Positions 59,775 to 64,000 of a stretch of DNA of 64,000 bases are shown here, in pieces. This DNA is from Spirochaetia bacterium (GTDB lineage Bacteria > Spirochaetota > Spirochaetia > UBA9216): NCBI GenBank assembly GCA_963675665.1, contig OY776510.1:4992001-5056000 (forward strand), read 5' to 3'. The notes under the pieces are model-generated. The model saw nothing but the letters and a program-made list of their open reading frames with translations, was not told the DNA's origin and searched no databases. Position 1 is the first letter of the stretch, and each line of letters begins with the position of its first letter. The position numbers and the translations under genes were made by a program.

Positions 59775-61970
59775 ATGAATTTGGTAAAGGGCCGTGTTGT
59801 TTATCCAATTCTTTTTATATTGCTGTGCCTGTCAATCTATTTTATCAGTATGATTGAAACAAGCGGTTCGGTGTATCCTGAACAGAAAAAAGGCGAATAC
59901 CGTGATAACAGGGAAACTGCAGCCGAACTTTTCCCGGAGTCTAATTACATAAGGGTTTATTTTCAGCGGCTGCCGGGAGAAACAGCCTTCGAATACTATC
60001 GGGAAATCGATAAATGCGCTGATTATTTCAACCGGCTTGAATGGCCGGACATGGTAGTGGCGGCAACCCGGATACAGGACATCAATACGGAATCGATGCA
60101 GTTCAATTCCGAAAAAATCTACAATTCAAGCAGCAACTCGGCTGAATCACTTGATTATATGCTCCATGAAGTCCCTCTGTTTTCTCAATTGTTTCTGTCA
60201 AATGACAGAACCGGAAGTTATATCTACATTTTTTACCCTGAAGACTCGTGGGAAAAGAGTTTCTATCACGATATCGATACACTTGCAAACAAGTATCAAG
60301 ACCGGCTGGTTTTCCCGATGGGAATAACCATACTCGAAAAGCATATTTCTTTTATTGCAGAGACCGAGCTGGGGAAACTGGGCATTATTGCCGTTTTTGT
60401 TGTCCTGTTGATCGAAATTGTTTTTTTCCGCTCGATTCTTTTCGGCCTGCTTTTTTCACTGGTTTCCTTCATTCCCCCGATATATGTCATGTCGCTTTTC
60501 CCGCTGTTCAATATTGAGTTCTCGGTAATGCTCATTCCGGTGCCCATCCTAACCATGGTGCTGTCAACAACCTATACCCTGCATATTGTTTCCTACGCAA
60601 TTGCCCGACCGAACGATTCATTAAAGAAAAACCTTGTCCGGGTGCTGCCTGTGGTTTCAGCGGCGGCAGCAACAACATTGTTCGGTTTTGCAACAATGCT
60701 TTTTTCTTCATTGGGCAGAATTCAGGAACTGGGTATACTGATGCTGTTCGGAGTTCTAATCTCCATGGCTGTGGCATGGCTTGTCCTTCCTTCCATAATT
60801 CCATGTTACCTGAAAAACAAGCCTCCCGGTAAAAAATTGCTGAATAAAATTCCGATATCGAAATGCTATGCCCTGGGGTTTCTTCTGCTTCTGATTATAG
60901 GTATATCCGGAATATTCAAAACTGAGGATCATCGTTTTTACCTGGAAAGGACTGTAAGAACCACGCCTCTAAGCGAATACATAAAAAACTCGAGAAGAGT
61001 AACAGGAGCAAGCGATCAGTTTTTCATTATTATAGATACCGGCGAAGAATACGGATTCGTATCGCTGTCCAATTACCGGGCCCTCCTCAATGTCCGGAAA
61101 GAACTTGCTGCTTTGCCCTACTCCGGAGACATGCTGTCAATTACTGATCTTGCAGACTGGATAAACGGTAAAATTGAAGGAAGCGACAGCCCGATCCCGC
61201 CTGAAGATGAGATGGAAATAGGGGAATCTTTAGAGCTTCTCTTTTCAAGCGATTCAGGACTGAATCCTGAGTCACTGATAACCCAGGATTATTCAGCGGT
61301 TAGATTTCAACTGCTTGTCGACGCCTCCCAAAGCAATTCATGGAAATCGAACCTTGTTGTCAGTGACGTGAAAGATGAGATTTACAGTATATTTAAAAAA
61401 TGTTTTCCGGAAGCTGAAATCATTGTATTATCCGATTCTATAGGAATATCGGAATCACTTGATTATGTGAGAAACGGAATTCTTAATTCCTTGCTGTTGT
61501 TTTACCCGATTGTTTTCCTGTTTCTTGCAATACTTTTCAAATCTCCGCTTTCTGCAGCCATTGCAATTATTCCTTCGCTTTCCTCAGCCCTCCTTTATAT
61601 AGGTTTGATAGGCTATCTTGGTTTTTACTTCTCACTTTTCGCTTCAGTCTATATCTGCATGCTGATAGGCGTCAGCATAGACGACTCAGTTGTCCTTGTA
61701 CAATTCTTCCTGACTCATAAAAATCAGTATAAAGATACTTTCACTGCCATGCAGGAAAGCCTTAATGAAGTAGGTTCCGTTATAATAAGAACAACAGTAA
61801 TTATTATTTCAGGAGTTTCCGTTCTACTTTTATCTTCATACAGGGAAGCGGTCCAGAATACCATGCTTGTAATTGTCTGTTTTTCTTTTGCGACACTGCT
61901 GACGCTCTTTTTTATTCCCGTTGTCTTTTTAATAAATAAAAAGAAGAAGGTTTCGACAAATGAAAAATAA
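59775..61970 (+). CDS. MMPL/RND family transporter
   Basis: Two repeats of periplasmic domain + TM bundle; TT.FGF..M, IGVSIDDSV. Confidence 0.85.
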   Translation: MNLVKGRVVYPILFILLCLSIYFISMIETSGSVYPEQKKGEYRDNRETAAELFPESNYIRVYFQRLPGETAFEYYREIDKCADYFNRLEWPDMVVAATRIQDINTESMQFNSEKIYNSSSNSAESLDYMLHEVPLFSQLFLSNDRTGSYIYIFYPEDSWEKSFYHDIDTLANKYQDRLVFPMGITILEKHISFIAETELGKLGIIAVFVVLLIEIVFFRSILFGLLFSLVSFIPPIYVMSLFPLFNIEFSVMLIPVPILTMVLSTTYTLHIVSYAIARPNDSLKKNLVRVLPVVSAAAATTLFGFATMLFSSLGRIQELGILMLFGVLISMAVAWLVLPSIIPCYLKNKPPGKKLLNKIPISKCYALGFLLLLIIGISGIFKTEDHRFYLERTVRTTPLSEYIKNSRRVTGASDQFFIIIDTGEEYGFVSLSNYRALLNVRKELAALPYSGDMLSITDLADWINGKIEGSDSPIPPEDEMEIGESLELLFSSDSGLNPESLITQDYSAVRFQLLVDASQSNSWKSNLVVSDVKDEIYSIFKKCFPEAEIIVLSDSIGISESLDYVRNGILNSLLLFYPIVFLFLAILFKSPLSAAIAIIPSLSSALLYIGLIGYLGFYFSLFASVYICMLIGVSIDDSVVLVQFFLTHKNQYKDTFTAMQESLNEVGSVIIRTTVIIISGVSVLLLSSYREAVQNTMLVIVCFSFATLLTLFFIPVVFLINKKKKVSTNEK

Positions 61971-63285
61971 ATTCCTTCTGTTGTCTCTGACATTTTTATC
62001 CGTCATAATTCCCCTTTATGCAGAGAATGAAATGTTCCAGGAGTTTACTTTCTCTCTGAACACTTTAATTTTAAAAGACAGCGTTCATAATGCTGAATAT
62101 ACTGCCGATTTCGTCTGGAAACCCGAAATATTCGGATACTCGGATAAGTACGATCTCACATTCAAACCGGTTGTGTATTTTTTAATAAATGACGAGACTG
62201 AAGTTACAGCAGATATCAAGGAACTGGTTATGTCTTTTTCGTTAAGCAGTTCAATTGAAATCAGCGCCGGCAGATATATCCATGACGCGTCTTTTGCTTC
62301 ATTTTTCTCCAGAACAGCATTTGCACGAGTTACAGATTATCAGGAAATACTGGAGGGAAATCCTGATTCTGCCGTTTTACCCTCATGGCTTATAGAGGGT
62401 ACGTATTATTTCGGGGATCTGTATTTAAGAGCAAGTGCGGAACCTTTCAGGACTGAGCTTCCGTTTTTTGAAACCGACTCTGTATGGTTTCCCAATCTTG
62501 GGTTTACTGAAAAAATATCGTCGCCATTCGCTTCCGACGGGGTAATCGAGCTTGAAGGAATCAGTATTATAGAACCTGACCCGTCTACAAACTGGTACAA
62601 TTTCATTGAAGACATAGGCGGCGCCCTCGAATTCGGCGGGCGGCTCGGGCCCTGTGATTTTCTGACAATAATTTATTCCGGGCGCGATACTGTCCCCCTT
62701 TACTCGGCAGAAATAATCCTTAAAAACCTTGTTGATGATTACAGTGTTGTTCTCTACCCGGTAGAACAAAGGATCTATGCTGCCGGCATAGCCGCAAGAG
62801 GCGTGATCGGTCCTGTCGTTTTGTATGGAGAAAGCTCTTTTATTCTAAATAAACCTTTCATCAAAGAGACCTTTTATTCAACTTCCGCAGGGTTCGAAAC
62901 AGAATCTTATACCAGTAAATACATCGGGCTTACCGTCGGTGGAAGATGGGAATGGTGGGAGACAAACCTGTTTATAACTGCGGAATATACCGATGGGTAT
63001 ATTTTGAATGAAGAACCCCGTACAATCATGCCTTTTTTTCAACGGATGGCGCTGCTTTCGCTCCTGTGGACCCCTTTCGACGGTCAGTTATCACTCAATC
63101 TGAATGGGGTGGCAGATATTGAGGAAACAAGTTTTGCAGTCGCAACCGGTATTGAATATGCACCCGGCGAGGGTAAACTTTCCATAAAGCTCGGAATGCC
63201 GCTGTTTTTCGGAGCAGCCGACAGCACTCTCGGCCAGTACAGCGATATTATCTTTCCGACAATCAGCGCCTCAATTCTGTTCTAA
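61960..63285 (+). CDS. Putative outer-membrane beta-barrel protein
   Basis: Signal peptide, alternating beta pattern, C-terminal GQY...ISASILF; coupled to the MMPL gene. Confidence 0.6.
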   Translation: MKNKFLLLSLTFLSVIIPLYAENEMFQEFTFSLNTLILKDSVHNAEYTADFVWKPEIFGYSDKYDLTFKPVVYFLINDETEVTADIKELVMSFSLSSSIEISAGRYIHDASFASFFSRTAFARVTDYQEILEGNPDSAVLPSWLIEGTYYFGDLYLRASAEPFRTELPFFETDSVWFPNLGFTEKISSPFASDGVIELEGISIIEPDPSTNWYNFIEDIGGALEFGGRLGPCDFLTIIYSGRDTVPLYSAEIILKNLVDDYSVVLYPVEQRIYAAGIAARGVIGPVVLYGESSFILNKPFIKETFYSTSAGFETESYTSKYIGLTVGGRWEWWETNLFITAEYTDGYILNEEPRTIMPFFQRMALLSLLWTPFDGQLSLNLNGVADIEETSFAVATGIEYAPGEGKLSIKLGMPLFFGAADSTLGQYSDIIFPTISASILF

Positions 63286-63287
63286 CG

Positions 63288-64000
63288 TCAGTTAAATATA
63301 TCCGACAAAGCGGCCGCTCCAAGCCAGAAAGAGCCGGTGCTTGTGTATGTTGCCGTTTCTGTTGAAACAGTGTCTCCGGCAACAGTAAGGCTGTGCCATA
63401 CAGCAAGATTCATCGCCTCCGGAAGAGCAAGATAAAATGATCCGGTGTTATCATCAACCGAAATCGGACGGTCTGTGACAGGCTTAACCGAACCGTTAAA
63501 CTCGTCCAGGGCAGTTCGAAACGCGGTACGGTCTCCGGGATCGGCATAATTATCCAGATCTGCGTCATCAAGATCCAGGGATGAGGTATATTCCGCACCC
63601 CAGTAATGCCCGGCAGGATCTTCAAGAAGTCCATTCAAGTTCCAGTCATCAATATCGAGGATACCGCTGATGTTCGGGTTTACATTGAACGCGGTGATGG
63701 TCTCGCCGGGGTCCCACAATCCGTTGCGCGGCAACCCTGCATCCAACCATCCAAAATCGCCGATTCTGAATACTGCAGAGCCTGCATCGTCTGCGGGCAT
63801 CATTGACGTATCAAGTGTACCGTTAAGGTCGGCGTCATTGATTTTGAGATAATAAAAATGATCGGAACCGTCAAGCGCCGGTATATCCGCAGCGTTTTCA
63901 AACCCGCTGTTATCACTCATCCATTTATAAAAAACAGGCTCGCCTGTATCATGCAGGGCCAAAACTGAACTGAACACGGTTACCGAAAATGTATAAAACG
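63288..64000 (-). CDS. 3' part of an acidic, DxNxNG/DxDxD-rich secreted protein (runs off the window)
   Basis: Open frame to the stop at 63288; DADLNG, DWNLNG, DLDDADLD Ca-loop-like motifs; true start probably beyond 64000. Confidence 0.55.
   Translation of the reverse strand, partial: FYTFSVTVFSSVLALHDTGEPVFYKWMSDNSGFENAADIPALDGSDHFYYLKINDADLNGTLDTSMMPADDAGSAVFRIGDFGWLDAGLPRNGLWDPGETITAFNVNPNISGILDIDDWNLNGLLEDPAGHYWGAEYTSSLDLDDADLDNYADPGDRTAFRTALDEFNGSVKPVTDRPISVDDNTGSFYLALPEAMNLAVWHSLTVAGDTVSTETATYTSTGSFWLGAAALSDIFN

Overview
A 64-kb stretch of bacterial chromosome, most likely from an anaerobic, free-living spirochaete. This is inferred from many spirochaete-style lipoprotein signal peptides and an 'FAGGQQE' solute-binding-protein leader. 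Most of the window is housekeeping and accessory genes (ychF, ettA, lon, slyD, pncA, polB, M16 protease, MATE/MFS/DMT transporters, GH3, GGDEF). Four things stand out. (1) A ~14-kb catabolic locus (44.6-58.9 kb) built around a glycyl radical enzyme with a non-canonical active site, with its activase, an aldehyde:ferredoxin oxidoreductase, a half-dead tandem class II aldolase, a second aldolase and a DUF2291-type sugar ABC transporter. Three copies of a TGAAANCGNTTTCA LacI operator tie it together. (2) A complete IS110-family (IS1111-type) element inserted in a palindromic repeat. Its downstream non-coding region folds into a bridge/seek-RNA-like structure whose loops match its own target and donor junctions, and an unoccupied copy of the target repeat lies at ~1.76 kb. 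(3) Two independent copies of a translationally coupled pair: a CsgG-like exported protein followed by a surface lipoprotein with an N-terminal NPxDP motif, a candidate undescribed lipoprotein export/anchoring module. (4) Many genes have a -10 box only 5-7 nt before the start codon, suggesting leaderless mRNAs. No tRNA, rRNA or CRISPR array was recognised. All product calls come from motif recognition by eye, not from database searches.
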